Shown: positions 32,391 through 42,683, counted from the stretch's first letter. The stretch is 64,000 nt of DNA from Capsulimonadaceae bacterium (GCA_965215505.1 OZ244065.1:3008001-3072000); one strand, 5' to 3'. Made by a program: numbers and translations. The notes: a model not told the origin generated them from the letters alone.

Positions 32391-32603
32391 CTATTCTGAT
32401 GCCGCTGCCCACTCTAGCTCTGCCGCTGCTTTGTCCGCCTGGCGACTCGCCTGCAATTCAGCCAAGAAGTCGAGCCAGAGCGGATGGTCTACGAGGCTGT
32501 TATCGGCCTCGGGCGTAAACGGTCCTCGTAAGGAACCCGTGCTTATGCTATTGCCTTCGACCGTCTGGCGCTCCCGCTTAGTGTCAACGACTGTGCTGCT
32601 CAT
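32391..32603 (-). CDS. Putative antitoxin
   Basis: 70-aa acidic ORF abutting vapC. Confidence 0.6.
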   Translation of the reverse strand: MSSTVVDTKRERQTVEGNSISTGSLRGPFTPEADNSLVDHPLWLDFLAELQASRQADKAAAELEWAAASE

Positions 32604-32676
32604 GGCCTGTTCTCCTATAAGCGAAAGCGCCCCTACCCTGTTCCCAGGGCGGGGGCGCTTTCTGTCATTTTTGCCT

Positions 32677-33777
32677 TTAGGCCCGGATGTCTACCGGCCC
32701 CATGCGGCGCAGCTTCTTCAAGGCGCGCAGCTCGATCTGGCGGACGCGCTCGCGGGTGACCGCGAAGCGCTGGCCGACCTCTTCCAGGGTGTGCGCGTAG
32801 CCGTCGTCCAGGCCGAAGCGCATACGGACCACGTCCCGCTCGCGCGGGGTCAGCTTATCCAGCACGGCGTCGAGCTGCTCACGCCGGATCAGGTTGACGG
32901 CCGCATCCGAGGGCGACTGGTTGGCATTGCTCTGGATGAAGTCCGCGAGCTGGGCCGAGTCCTTCTCGCCGACCGGCGTCTCTAGGGACAGCGGCTCGGA
33001 AGCGATCCGCTTGATCTCGTTGACCCGCTCGACCGGCACTTCCATCTCGGCGGCCAGCTCGTCCTGGGTCGGCTCACGCGAGAGCTGCTGGCGCAGCAGG
33101 CCTTCGGTGCGGACCAGCTTGTGGATCGTCTCGGCCACATAGACCGGGATGCGGATGGTCCGCCCCTGGTTGATGACGGCGCGCGCGATGGCCCGGCGGA
33201 TCCACCAGGTGGCGTAGGTGCTGAACCGGTAGCCCTTGGTGTAGTCGAACTTCTCGACCGCCCGGATCAGGCCGATGTTGCCTTCCTGGATCAGGTCGGC
33301 CAGGCTGATGCCCGGCACCGAGTAGCGGCGGGCGATGCTGACGACGAGGCGCAGGTTGGCCTCCGTTAGAATGTCCTTCGCGCGCTGGTCACCGTCGGCG
33401 ACGCGGCGGGCGAGATCAATCTCCTCGTCGGCGCTCAGGAGCTTGGTGCTCTTGGTCTTCCGCATCCACATCTGAAGCGACTCGTCGCGCGGGTTGTCCT
33501 CAACGGGCGCGTACACGGTCTCCTGCGGCTCGTCCTCGGCGGCGTCCTCGACATCGTCGTCCTGGGCCGAGCCGTCCATGAGCGGCATGGCGGCGTCATC
33601 GTCCCCACCGACCGCCAGCGCCAGGAAGCGCGCCGCATCCGGGTCGTCCAAGGCCCCGCTGACGGCCATCGCCGCCTCGTCCGAACCAAAATCGGAGCCG
33701 CCGCGCCGCTCGTCCGACACAGCGAGTCCGCGCGGCAACGCTGCCGCTTTGTCCATCAGTGCTGTGTTGCTCCCCAT
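32677..33777 (-). CDS. Sigma70 RpoD/SigA-like sigma factor (group 2-like)
   Basis: [39 protein letters not shown]; divergent region 1.2. Confidence 0.92.
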   Translation of the reverse strand: MGSNTALMDKAAALPRGLAVSDERRGGSDFGSDEAAMAVSGALDDPDAARFLALAVGGDDDAAMPLMDGSAQDDDVEDAAEDEPQETVYAPVEDNPRDESLQMWMRKTKSTKLLSADEEIDLARRVADGDQRAKDILTEANLRLVVSIARRYSVPGISLADLIQEGNIGLIRAVEKFDYTKGYRFSTYATWWIRRAIARAVINQGRTIRIPVYVAETIHKLVRTEGLLRQQLSREPTQDELAAEMEVPVERVNEIKRIASEPLSLETPVGEKDSAQLADFIQSNANQSPSDAAVNLIRREQLDAVLDKLTPRERDVVRMRFGLDDGYAHTLEEVGQRFAVTRERVRQIELRALKKLRRMGPVDIRA

Positions 33778-34107
33778 TAGTTTCCCCTTTGTCCCCATCC
33801 GTCACCGAAACCCCGCCTACCTCTATAAAACACCGCCGAGGCAGCCGAGGTTCCGTTTCCGGAAACGTGAATGATTGCGAATAAATGCCCGACAATCGCT
33901 GTCTTCTCTTCTTCTACGGAAGCAGGCCCTTCATTGTCACAAAAAAGTCTTGTTTTTTCAGTAATATTCGTTACGTTTATATAAAATTATTTCCGGCCCG
34001 TTTCGCGGAGACTTGGCATTCTACCCAGGCAGGCGTATTTTCAACCACGGAAGCGGGGGAACTCGGAGCGGAAGCGGGGCGGGCTGTGTCTGGCTACTTG
34101 ATGCGGA

Positions 34108-35148
34108 CTACTTGGTGGCGGGGAGTGGGCGCGGCTGTCGGCTGGCCCACGCGACGAAGAGGGCGACCAGGGGGCCATCCCACTGGCGGCCCGCGCCAGC
34201 CTGGAGTGTCTGCAAAGCTCTCTCAGGGGAGAAGGCGGGCCGATAGGGGCGCGGGGACAGCATGGCGTTGTAGGCGTCGGCGATGGCGACGATGCGCGCG
34301 CCCAGCGGGATCTGGTCGCCGGCCAGGCCGTCGGGGTATCCGCGTCCGTCCACGCGCTCGTGGTGGTGGCGGATGATCGGCAGTAGGGCGGCAGTGGAAC
34401 GGAGCGGGGCCATGATCTGCTCGCCCATGACCGTGTGCCGCTGCATCCGCTTCTGCTCCTGGTCGTCGAGCGCGCCGCGCTTCTGCAAAAGAGTATCGGG
34501 CAGGCCGATCTTGCCGACGTCACGCAGCATGGCCGCCTGCCCCAAAAGGCGCAGGGCCTCGTCGCTCAGGCCCAGTTCCTGGCCGATGGCCTGAGCATAA
34601 AGGGTGACGCGCCGCGTGGAGCCTTCCGGCTCGGCCTCGCCCTCGCGCGCCTCGACGGCCCGGCTGAGGGAGTAGATGACGTCCTCCACCTCGTCGAGCT
34701 GGTCGTTGAGCGCCTTGATCCGCAGGAGGGACTTGACGCGCGCCAACAGCTCGATGCGGCTGAAGGGCTTGGAGACGAAGTCGTCCGCGCCGGCCTCGAT
34801 CCCCTGCACGCGCTCCGCCGAGGTCGCCTGCGCCATGACCAGGATGACCGGGATGCGCCGGGTCCGCGCCTCCTCCTTGAGTCGGCGGCAGAGGTCGAAA
34901 CCGTCCCGGACGCCCGCGCCGCCTGCGGCATTCCCGGCGTCGAAGCCCCCGGCGGGCGGCAGGTGGGCGCAGAGCATGACGAGGTCGGGCCGGGCCGTCC
35001 GGGCGCATTCCAGCCCCTGCCGCCCGTCACAGGCGGTCAGGACGTCGTAGCGGGCGTCGGTCCGCAGGACGGCTTCGAGCAGGGTCCGGCTCATCGGCTC
35101 GTGGTCCACGACCAGGACGCGGGGTTTGGCTGTCAGAAGCTCATTCAC
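34108..35148 (-). CDS. REC + HD-GYP protein (degenerate)
   Basis: REC fold, GADDF.SKP, HHERVDGRGYP; HD replaced by RD. Confidence 0.88.
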   Translation of the reverse strand: MNELLTAKPRVLVVDHEPMSRTLLEAVLRTDARYDVLTACDGRQGLECARTARPDLVMLCAHLPPAGGFDAGNAAGGAGVRDGFDLCRRLKEEARTRRIPVILVMAQATSAERVQGIEAGADDFVSKPFSRIELLARVKSLLRIKALNDQLDEVEDVIYSLSRAVEAREGEAEPEGSTRRVTLYAQAIGQELGLSDEALRLLGQAAMLRDVGKIGLPDTLLQKRGALDDQEQKRMQRHTVMGEQIMAPLRSTAALLPIIRHHHERVDGRGYPDGLAGDQIPLGARIVAIADAYNAMLSPRPYRPAFSPERALQTLQAGAGRQWDGPLVALFVAWASRQPRPLPATK

Positions 35149-35346
35149 GCTCTTATTATGGGAAGTGCGGGGGGCGGGCGTTACCCGGTAAGAGCGCGGG
35201 ATTGGGGAGGCGGGATGGGCGCGGACAGGGAGGGCGGGGGTAAACCCCGCCCCTACACGGACAGGACCATCATCCGTAGGGGTAGGGTTCACCCCTACCC
35301 TCCTTCCTGATTCCCTATCCTCCTCCTGATCCCCATGCTTCGCCAT

Positions 35347-36294
35347 TTAATCCTTCAGCCCCGTCATCACGATGCCCCGGACGAAGTAGCGCTGGCCCAG
35401 GAAGAACAGGATCAGGAGCGGGATCAGGACGATCACCGAGCCGGCCATCAGCAGGTTCCAGTCCGTGCCGCGGATGGTCTGGAAGGTCCGCAGGCCAAGC
35501 TCCAAGGTCTGGTTCTCGGTCGAGTTCAGGTAGATCAGAGGCCCCATCAGGTCCTTCCAGGCGTAGATGAAGGCGAACAAGCCGACCGTCACCAGGGCGG
35601 GGCGGCAGAGCGGCATCAAGACCTGCCAGTAGATCTGGAAGTAGCTCGCCCCGTCCAGCCGGGCCGCCTCGTCCAGCTCGCGCGGCAGCGTCATGAAGAA
35701 CTGGCGCAGCAGGAAGACGTTGAAGGCCCCGCCGAAGAAGGCCGGGACGATCAGGGGGTAGAGGGTGTCGATCCAGTGCAGATACCGGAAGCCGATGTAG
35801 GACGGCAGCAGGGTGATGATGCCGGGCAGCATCATAGTGGCGATCAGCAGCGTGAACAGCCGGTCCCGGCCGGGGAACCGGAGCCGCGAGAACCCGAAGG
35901 CGACGAGCGACGACGACAGCACGGTCCCGGCCGTGGACAGGACGGCGATGGTCAGGGTGTTGCGGAAGAAGGCGGCGAAGGTCACGTCCGTGCCCTCGAT
36001 GGTCCACGCCCGGACGTAGTTGATCCACTGCGGGGCGTGCGGCAAGGCCCACGGGCTTTGCGCGACTTCGGCGTCCGTCTTCAAGGACAAAGCCAGCATC
36101 AGGTAGAAGGGGACGAGCGTCAGGGCCGCCCCCGCGACGGCCAGCAGGAACAGTCCCAGTGCCGCCCGCTTGTCGGCATCGGAGGCGCGTACCCCCGCCC
36201 GGATGGCGGCGCGTTTGGGGGCGGTCGCTCCCGGCACGACGGGTTCCGGCGGCGACGCCGGGGTGACTGTATTGGGTGTAAGGGTATTGCTCAT
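35347..36294 (-). CDS. Carbohydrate ABC permease
   Basis: ELDEAARLDGA EAA motif. Confidence 0.93.
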   Translation of the reverse strand: MSNTLTPNTVTPASPPEPVVPGATAPKRAAIRAGVRASDADKRAALGLFLLAVAGAALTLVPFYLMLALSLKTDAEVAQSPWALPHAPQWINYVRAWTIEGTDVTFAAFFRNTLTIAVLSTAGTVLSSSLVAFGFSRLRFPGRDRLFTLLIATMMLPGIITLLPSYIGFRYLHWIDTLYPLIVPAFFGGAFNVFLLRQFFMTLPRELDEAARLDGASYFQIYWQVLMPLCRPALVTVGLFAFIYAWKDLMGPLIYLNSTENQTLELGLRTFQTIRGTDWNLLMAGSVIVLIPLLILFFLGQRYFVRGIVMTGLKD

Positions 36295-36368
36295 TGGTTT
36301 TGCCTTGTGTTAAGGGTCTGTTTACAATAAGGGCGTTGGCGGGCCAGAAGTAGAACAAGTCGGGAGCA

Positions 36369-36519
36369 GGACGAGTGATTGAAATCACTCGCTCCGCTAG
36401 GATTTGTCCAGGGGACAAGGGAACCGACCGATGCCGGAGGCCCACCCGGCGTGGCCCTTGTTCCCATCTTCTGTCCCCTGGACAGGTCCGGCGTCAGCGA
36501 GTGATTTCAATCACTCGTC
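36369..36519. repeat. REP/REPIN family A, copy 2
   Basis: Same terminal double hairpins as 7520-7652. Confidence 0.85.
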
Positions 36520-36529
36520 ATGGGCCTCA

Positions 36530-36787
36530 CTATGGGACATGCGCGGCCCGCTTTACGTCCTGCGCCTGATTATGCGCCTGGAGCGGCGTCAATACCAGCA
36601 TACTGCCGATGGAAGTCACCAGCAGCAGTCCGAGCATGACCCAAAAGAAGACCTGGGGCCGGCGGAACTTGGGAAAGGCTTTGTAGAGCAGGCCGGTCAC
36701 CAACCCGGTGACGACAAGGCCGATCACTAAGCCCACCACCGTGTTCGTGGCTGTCCAATTTACTGTGCCGAGGTACGGGTTGTTCAT
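36530..36787 (-). CDS. Small two-TM hypothetical protein
   Basis: Two hydrophobic helices. Confidence 0.55.
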   Translation of the reverse strand: MNNPYLGTVNWTATNTVVGLVIGLVVTGLVTGLLYKAFPKFRRPQVFFWVMLGLLLVTSIGSMLVLTPLQAHNQAQDVKRAAHVP

Positions 36788-36836
36788 GGGCGTAATCCGT
36801 TCACGGCCGGTCCCAGGCTGAGGCTCAATAAGATCG

Positions 36837-37298
36837 CTAAGGCCCCAACCGCCATGCAACCTTATCCGATTTGATTGTCGCACAGAGCGGCTTCCCTTTG
36901 CTATCCTTCATGTCTGTGACCGCTGTGATGATCTGCCCATTCGTCAATGCTTCCTCCCCGACTTCCGAAAGGAGAGGATGCAGCGGGAGTTTGGCCCGCC
37001 CGAAGCCCGCCCACTCCTCATTCTTCCGCTCGCCCCAGCACAGATAGATAAATCGGTCTCGGGGCGTCCCCTGGGTATACGGGCCTAGAAAGTTCAGCAC
37101 GCCGGTTTCAGGGTTCCGCGCCACTCTGAGGGAAGCCAGAAAAGTCGCGCTGGTCGCTCCCGCGCCCACGTCGTCAATGATACGGGTGCCTTTCTGAATC
37201 CCGAGCCGGACACTGGTTCTCCCTTGGAACTGACTCCCTGGCAGGTTTTGACAGATGATCTGGATCCGTATTTCCTGCGAATTGATGGGATTATCCAT
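36837..37298 (-). CDS. DUF5990 family protein
   Basis: GIQKG, GPYTQG.P.DRFIYLCW, RAKL, P.CA.....V.W. Confidence 0.75.
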   Translation of the reverse strand: MDNPINSQEIRIQIICQNLPGSQFQGRTSVRLGIQKGTRIIDDVGAGATSATFLASLRVARNPETGVLNFLGPYTQGTPRDRFIYLCWGERKNEEWAGFGRAKLPLHPLLSEVGEEALTNGQIITAVTDMKDSKGKPLCATIKSDKVAWRLGP

Positions 37299-37548
37299 GA
37301 AAAACATTGCCCCCTGTCCGGAATGCGCCTGTTTCCTAGCCCTTCTTGGCCTCGCGACCTAACACCATAGCTCACTAACAGAATGGTCAGGAACAGCACC
37401 CAGGCGAGGACAACCATCACCGGCCCCAGATTGGAGCTAGAAGTTGATGCCGATCACTTGCCTTGTGACGCTTCAAAGTATGATGCCTTGGGGCGTAGGT
37501 TCCGGTGCATGTTTGACTGGTGGTTTCTAATTTCCCGGTGCCATGTCT

Positions 37549-37887
37549 CTACGCTGATTGCCGCTTGGGATGACCTCTTAAGACCCAGTTGTGTGCGAGG
37601 TTCTCCCACCCATCGCCCAGCAGTTGCAACTCCCCCGTATATGGGCTATCAATCTCCTCGACGTTTCCAACCGCCGTGACATAGATCGAGATGACTCGTA
37701 ATCCTACCACTCTGTCTTCAGCCTCTACCCTACTCTCCCCGGCACCGGTGAAAAGAGACACACTAACGAACTCATCATCAATTGAGATCGGCCCTGCATG
37801 AACACGTCCGGTGGCGTACTGTCGCCCGGCCCGCTGCTCCGCTCGATCCACCCAAAACTCTCTCAGCGATTCTTCCAAGTATGTCAC
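37549..37887 (-). CDS. Hypothetical beta-rich protein
   Basis: Lower-GC ORF; weak EF-Tu domain II-like pattern. Confidence 0.45.
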   Translation of the reverse strand: MTYLEESLREFWVDRAEQRAGRQYATGRVHAGPISIDDEFVSVSLFTGAGESRVEAEDRVVGLRVISIYVTAVGNVEEIDSPYTGELQLLGDGWENLAHNWVLRGHPKRQSA

Positions 37888-38008
37888 CGATTCAGCTCAC
37901 CGACTAGCGATCTATGGAGATGCCAGTAGCCCAGGAGTCGAATTGAACGGCATATGGCTAAACAAACAACCGATTTGGCCCCAATAAACGGGCATTATGC
38001 CGCGTCTC

Positions 38009-40387
38009 CTATTTCTCCTCCGCGCCCTCGTAATGCACCCACTTTGAAGCCCGCATCTGCAAGGCGGTGAAGCCTAAAATGATCAGGAACAGCACCCAGG
38101 CGAGGGCGCTGGCGTAGCCCATCTTGAGGAACTGGAAGGCGTTCTGGTAGAGGTACAGGACGTAAAACAGGGTCGCGTTGTTCGGCCCGCCCTGGGTCAT
38201 GACGAACCCCTGCGTGAAGACCTGGAACGAGCCGATGACGCCGATGATGAGCGTGAAGAAGATCGTCGGCGTCAGCAGCGGCAGGGTCACATGGCGGAAC
38301 CGCTGCCACACCGAGGCCCCGTCGAGCGAGGCGGCCTCGTAGTAGGACTGCGGGATGCCTTGCAGGCCCGCCAGATAGATCACCATGCCGCCGCCGATGC
38401 CCCACAGGCTCATCACGATCAGGCTGCCAAGCGCGGTCTTCTCCGACCCGAGCCAGTTGACGTAGCCCTTGGAGGGGTCGGTCAGGCCCAGGGCGTGCAT
38501 GGCGGGGTTCAGGTGCAGAGCGCCTAAAATCTGGTTCAGCAGGCCGCTCTCGGGGTTGAACAGGCGCAGCCAGATCAGGGAGGCGGCGACGACCGAGGCC
38601 ACCGAGGGCAGATAGAAGAGGGTGCGGAAGACGGACTGGCCGCGTATCTTGGTGTTCAGCAGCAGTGCCAGGCCCAGCGACCCGGCGACGCCCAGCGGGA
38701 CCGAGAAGACGGTATAGATGAGGGTCGCGCGCAGGCTCTTCCAGAACCGGTCGTCGCCGGCCATCTCGGCGAAGTTGCCCAGGCCCACCCACCTAGCAGG
38801 CCCGATCATGTCCCAGGACGAGAAGGCCAGCAGGAGCGAGACGAGCATCGGGCCGAGCAGGAAGACGACCGCGCCGATCAGCCAGGGCGAGATGAACAGG
38901 AAGCCGGCCCGCGCTTCCTCCCGCGACCCGACCTTCCGGCCCGCTTTCATGTCCTTCCGTGCCCCCTGCCACACCCAGGCGGCGATCAGGAATGTGACCA
39001 GGGCCATGCCGACCACGCCCAGGCCCCAGTTCAGCTTGGGGTGGTAGGGGGGGGTGTTGAGTTCATCGAGCTTCGCCTGCGCGGGCGGCGTGAACTCCTT
39101 CACCGCCTCGTCCGCCGTCACGGTCCCGTTCCAGACCAGTTGCAGCTCGGGCGTGATGATCGCGCTGATCTCCGACCACTTGGGGCTGAGGACCTCGAAG
39201 CGGATGTACGGCACCTCTTCGATGGTCAGCTTGCGGTTTCGCGGGCGCTCGTTGTCCAGCCAGAGGGAGGAGTTGGCGAGGCGGGCGATGGCGGGCTGGG
39301 CCAGGCCGCTCTTCGCCAGGTTGCTCAGGCCCACCGGCCCGGCCAGGTACTTGACCAGCTCCCACGACTCCTCCTTGTGCCGACTCGACGCCCCGATGCC
39401 GTAGCCGGACCAGCCGGTCTGGACGCCGTGCAGCCCGGTCGGGCCGGCGGGGAAGGGCGCGATGTCCCAGTCGAAGCCGGTGACCTCGGTGCGGAAGCGC
39501 GGCACCTCCCAGATGCCGCTGACATACATGGCGACCTTCCCCTGCGCGAACAGCTCGTGCGAGCCGACGCCGGACGAGGCCAGCTCGATGGCCGAGGGGG
39601 AGACGTTGTACTTGCCCATCAAGTCCTGCGTGAGCTGGATGGCGTTGACCACGCGCGGGTCGGTGTAAAGCAGCTTCGTCGGGTTGAGCAGGTCGTCCAC
39701 GAAGCCCGCGCCGGACGAGTAGACGAAGTTGTCCATGGTCCAGGTGTTGTCGCCGGCCGAGTAGCCGTAGACGGTGTCGCCGCCGCCCGCGCCCCGGCGG
39801 GTGAGCTTCTGGGCGACGTTCAGAAAGTCCTTGTCGCCGCGCTCCGGGTGCGGCGTATAGTCCCAGCGCCAGGAGCCGTCCGGGTAGGGGATGTGGGCCT
39901 TGTCGAACAGCGCCTTGTTGTAGTACACCAGCCCCATCGGCGCGATGTCGCGCGGCAGGGCGTACAGCTTCTGCCCGCTGCTGAAGGTGCGGATGAGCTG
40001 CGGGTAGTAGTCGGAGAGCTTGACGGACGGGTCGCTCCGGACCAGCGGCTTCAGGTCCAGCAGGACGCCCTTGTCGGCGAAGGTGGCGTAGCTGCCGCCG
40101 CAGAAGATGACGTCCGGGGTCAGGCCCGCCGCCCGCTCCAGCAGGAGCTTCTGGACATACTCGTCCCCGCTCGAAGTCACGCGCTCGCCGTGGACGGTGA
40201 CGCCGGGGTGGGCCGCCTCGAAGGCATCAATGGTCTTCTGGATGACCGCGATCTCCTTGAAGTCCCCCCAATACCGGAACCGGAGGACGACCGGGGGCGG
40301 GGCGGCTTGCGCTGGGGGCATCGCGGGCGGGGCGATCAGGAGGAGGGCCAGAAGAAGGCGAAATACGACGGTGTAGATCTTGTTCAT
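38009..40387 (-). CDS. Fused sugar-binding protein/ABC permease
   Basis: SBP_bac_1 N-terminus; YEAASLDGA, MGYASALAW. Confidence 0.92.
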   Translation of the reverse strand: MNKIYTVVFRLLLALLLIAPPAMPPAQAAPPPVVLRFRYWGDFKEIAVIQKTIDAFEAAHPGVTVHGERVTSSGDEYVQKLLLERAAGLTPDVIFCGGSYATFADKGVLLDLKPLVRSDPSVKLSDYYPQLIRTFSSGQKLYALPRDIAPMGLVYYNKALFDKAHIPYPDGSWRWDYTPHPERGDKDFLNVAQKLTRRGAGGGDTVYGYSAGDNTWTMDNFVYSSGAGFVDDLLNPTKLLYTDPRVVNAIQLTQDLMGKYNVSPSAIELASSGVGSHELFAQGKVAMYVSGIWEVPRFRTEVTGFDWDIAPFPAGPTGLHGVQTGWSGYGIGASSRHKEESWELVKYLAGPVGLSNLAKSGLAQPAIARLANSSLWLDNERPRNRKLTIEEVPYIRFEVLSPKWSEISAIITPELQLVWNGTVTADEAVKEFTPPAQAKLDELNTPPYHPKLNWGLGVVGMALVTFLIAAWVWQGARKDMKAGRKVGSREEARAGFLFISPWLIGAVVFLLGPMLVSLLLAFSSWDMIGPARWVGLGNFAEMAGDDRFWKSLRATLIYTVFSVPLGVAGSLGLALLLNTKIRGQSVFRTLFYLPSVASVVAASLIWLRLFNPESGLLNQILGALHLNPAMHALGLTDPSKGYVNWLGSEKTALGSLIVMSLWGIGGGMVIYLAGLQGIPQSYYEAASLDGASVWQRFRHVTLPLLTPTIFFTLIIGVIGSFQVFTQGFVMTQGGPNNATLFYVLYLYQNAFQFLKMGYASALAWVLFLIILGFTALQMRASKWVHYEGAEEK

Positions 40388-40529
40388 AGGGGGTTCGACT
40401 TGCTTAGACGGGTGCGAAAATTGCCCCCGCCATTATGATACCTTATCGCATCATAATACCTGAAGAGGCTTGGTTTGGGTTCCGGGGTGTCAGAACAGTG
40501 GGTGCAGGGGACGGGCGGGACGAGCATTA

Positions 40530-40680
40530 GGACGAGTGATTGAGATCACTCGCTGGTCGGGACCTGTCCAGGGGACAGAGAACGGGGATCAGAAGCAGTC
40601 CGGGTGGGCGTCCGGGGTCGTCCGTTTCCCTTGTCCCTCGGACAAATCCAGCGTCAGCGAGTGATTTCAATCACTCGTCC
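40530..40680. repeat. REP/REPIN family A, copy 3
   Basis: Same terminal double hairpins. Confidence 0.85.
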
Positions 40681-40710
40681 CCTCCTCGTCTCTCCCCGTC
40701 CTGTGATGCC

Positions 40711-41820
40711 CTAAAACTCCAGCCGCCCCTGCGACTCGTGCCGCCACAGCAGCTCCGCCAGCTTTACCTGCGGCGTCGCCACCGCATAGTCGGCCAGCGA
40801 CTCGCGCGTCACCCAGGCCACACGGGCGCAGCCGACGGCGACGGGCGCGGCACCGCCGCCCGCCACCGCCTCGTACCCGTGCAGGGTGATCCTCCGGTTG
40901 GCGACGACGTGCTTGACCGTCCCGAACGGGGCCGGACCTTGGACCGTGACGCCCACGCTCTCGCAGGCCGCTCGTGCCGCGCAGGTTTCTAATGCCTCGC
41001 CGTCCTGACGGGTGGCGCGCGGCAGTTCCCACAGTCCTCCCCACAGGCTCAGTTCGGGCGACCGCTGCACCAGCAGCACCTCTCCGGCGGGGTTGCGAAC
41101 GGCGACCGACACGTCCTCCACGTCCAGCCACTTCTTGACCGCCGTGAACTGCGGGAAGGCCGTCGGGTCGCCCAGGATGCGGGCCTTACATTCCGCGCTG
41201 ACTGGGCACGTCCCGCACTTGGGCGCTCCCGGCTCGCAGACCAGGGCACCGAGTTCCATCATCGCCTGGTTGAAATCCCCTGCCCGGCCCTTCGGGATGG
41301 CTTCCTCGGCCAGCCGCCACAGCTCGGCCTGCACCGAGGCAGAGGTCTTGGGGTCGCCGGCAACAGCATGGACGCGGGACAGGACCCGGATGACGTTGGC
41401 GTCCACGATGGGCGCTTCCTGATTGAAGGCGATGGACAGGATCGCCCCCGCCGTGTACCGCCCGATGCCCGGCAAGGACAGCAGCGTCTTCGGGTCGGTT
41501 GGCACCCGCCCCCCATGTTCCGCCACGACGGCTAATGCCCCTTTGTGCAGGTTCCGGGCGCGCGCATAGTACCCCAGTCCCGCCCAATGCTTCAGCACGT
41601 CGTCTAAGGGCGCTTCGGCGAGGGCCTGCACGGTCGGGAACCGGGCCATCCACTTGTTATAAAACGGGATGACGGCCGCCACCGTCGTCTGCTGCAACAT
41701 GATCTCGGACACCCAGACGGCATACGGGTCGTGGGCGAGCCGCCGCCAGGGCAGGTCGCGCTTGGCGGTGTCGTACCAGGCAAGGAGGTTAGGGGCGAAT
41801 TGTTCTTGCTGCTGCGTCAT
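40711..41820 (-). CDS. mutY: A/G-specific adenine glycosylase
   Basis: SEIMLQQT, GLGYYARARN, LPGIGRYTA, 4Fe-4S Cys motif, NUDIX-like tail. Confidence 0.97.
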   Translation of the reverse strand: MTQQQEQFAPNLLAWYDTAKRDLPWRRLAHDPYAVWVSEIMLQQTTVAAVIPFYNKWMARFPTVQALAEAPLDDVLKHWAGLGYYARARNLHKGALAVVAEHGGRVPTDPKTLLSLPGIGRYTAGAILSIAFNQEAPIVDANVIRVLSRVHAVAGDPKTSASVQAELWRLAEEAIPKGRAGDFNQAMMELGALVCEPGAPKCGTCPVSAECKARILGDPTAFPQFTAVKKWLDVEDVSVAVRNPAGEVLLVQRSPELSLWGGLWELPRATRQDGEALETCAARAACESVGVTVQGPAPFGTVKHVVANRRITLHGYEAVAGGGAAPVAVGCARVAWVTRESLADYAVATPQVKLAELLWRHESQGRLEF

Positions 41821-41824
41821 CGTG

Positions 41825-42475
41825 TTAAGCCGGCGGCTTCGCCTCGCTCGCCCGCAGCTTCGTCTTGTCGTCGCTGTCCGCGCCCGCGTCCAGCGAGATG
41901 TCCAGATTGGGCGCGGCCCCGAGCATCACCTGGTCATAAGCCGCCCGCATCTGGCGGGCGGCCCGGAGCGGCGGCATGAAGCCATTTTCCGTCCCGAGGC
42001 CGGGCACGAGCAAAGATTGGATGATGCCGCCGTGCTGCTCGTTGAAGGCCCGGACGGCGCGCAGGGCGGCCCGGAAGGCGAGGTAGGCGTTGACGGTCCG
42101 GCTGACGTTCTGCGGGACGCGCATGGTGGGGGCGACAACGAGGAAGGGGAACTGGGTGGCCTGGGTGATGACGACCTCGGCGTGTCCGACGACCAATTCG
42201 CCGTCGTGCCGGTCGCGGATGAGCTGCTGCACCTCGGTCTCGATGTCTTCGCCCAGGAACTCGACGATCTGGGCGTCAAGCCCGCCGTCCATGCGCCCGA
42301 AGGAGTTGGCGGGGGAGACGAGGGCGTCGGCTTCGAGGGTGAAGATGTTATCGCAGGTGACGGAGACATCGGGCAGACCGGGGAAGTAGGCCTGCCAGGC
42401 CTCGACGAGCGGCAGGTGGGTGTCGCAGAGGATGATGCGGAGAGCGGGCCGAGGCGTGGGATGCGGGGCGGACAT
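41825..42475 (-). CDS. Macro domain protein
   Basis: VSPANSFGRMDGGLD, APTMRVP, PGLGT. Confidence 0.92.
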   Translation of the reverse strand: MSAPHPTPRPALRIILCDTHLPLVEAWQAYFPGLPDVSVTCDNIFTLEADALVSPANSFGRMDGGLDAQIVEFLGEDIETEVQQLIRDRHDGELVVGHAEVVITQATQFPFLVVAPTMRVPQNVSRTVNAYLAFRAALRAVRAFNEQHGGIIQSLLVPGLGTENGFMPPLRAARQMRAAYDQVMLGAAPNLDISLDAGADSDDKTKLRASEAKPPA

Positions 42476-42507
42476 GGGATATTATAGCCCATTTGCACAA
42501 GGAAAGA

Positions 42508-42640
42508 AGCCCCCACCCCGGCTCGTTCCTCGCCACCCCTGCCCCCGCAAGCGGGAGAGGGGATAGAAGGGGAGGTTCGTCAGTATTCCTTCACCCTCTC
42601 CCGCTTGCGGGGGAGGGTGGCGTCGGGTGCAGTTGCTCCG
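42508..42640. repeat. Family D inverted repeat element
   Basis: CCCCCGCAAGCGGGAGAGGG / CCCTCTCCCGCTTGCGGGGG. Confidence 0.75.
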
Positions 42641-42683
42641 CACTTGTGCGCCGGGTGGGGGCGGCTCCTGTGCCGCCCCTCAA

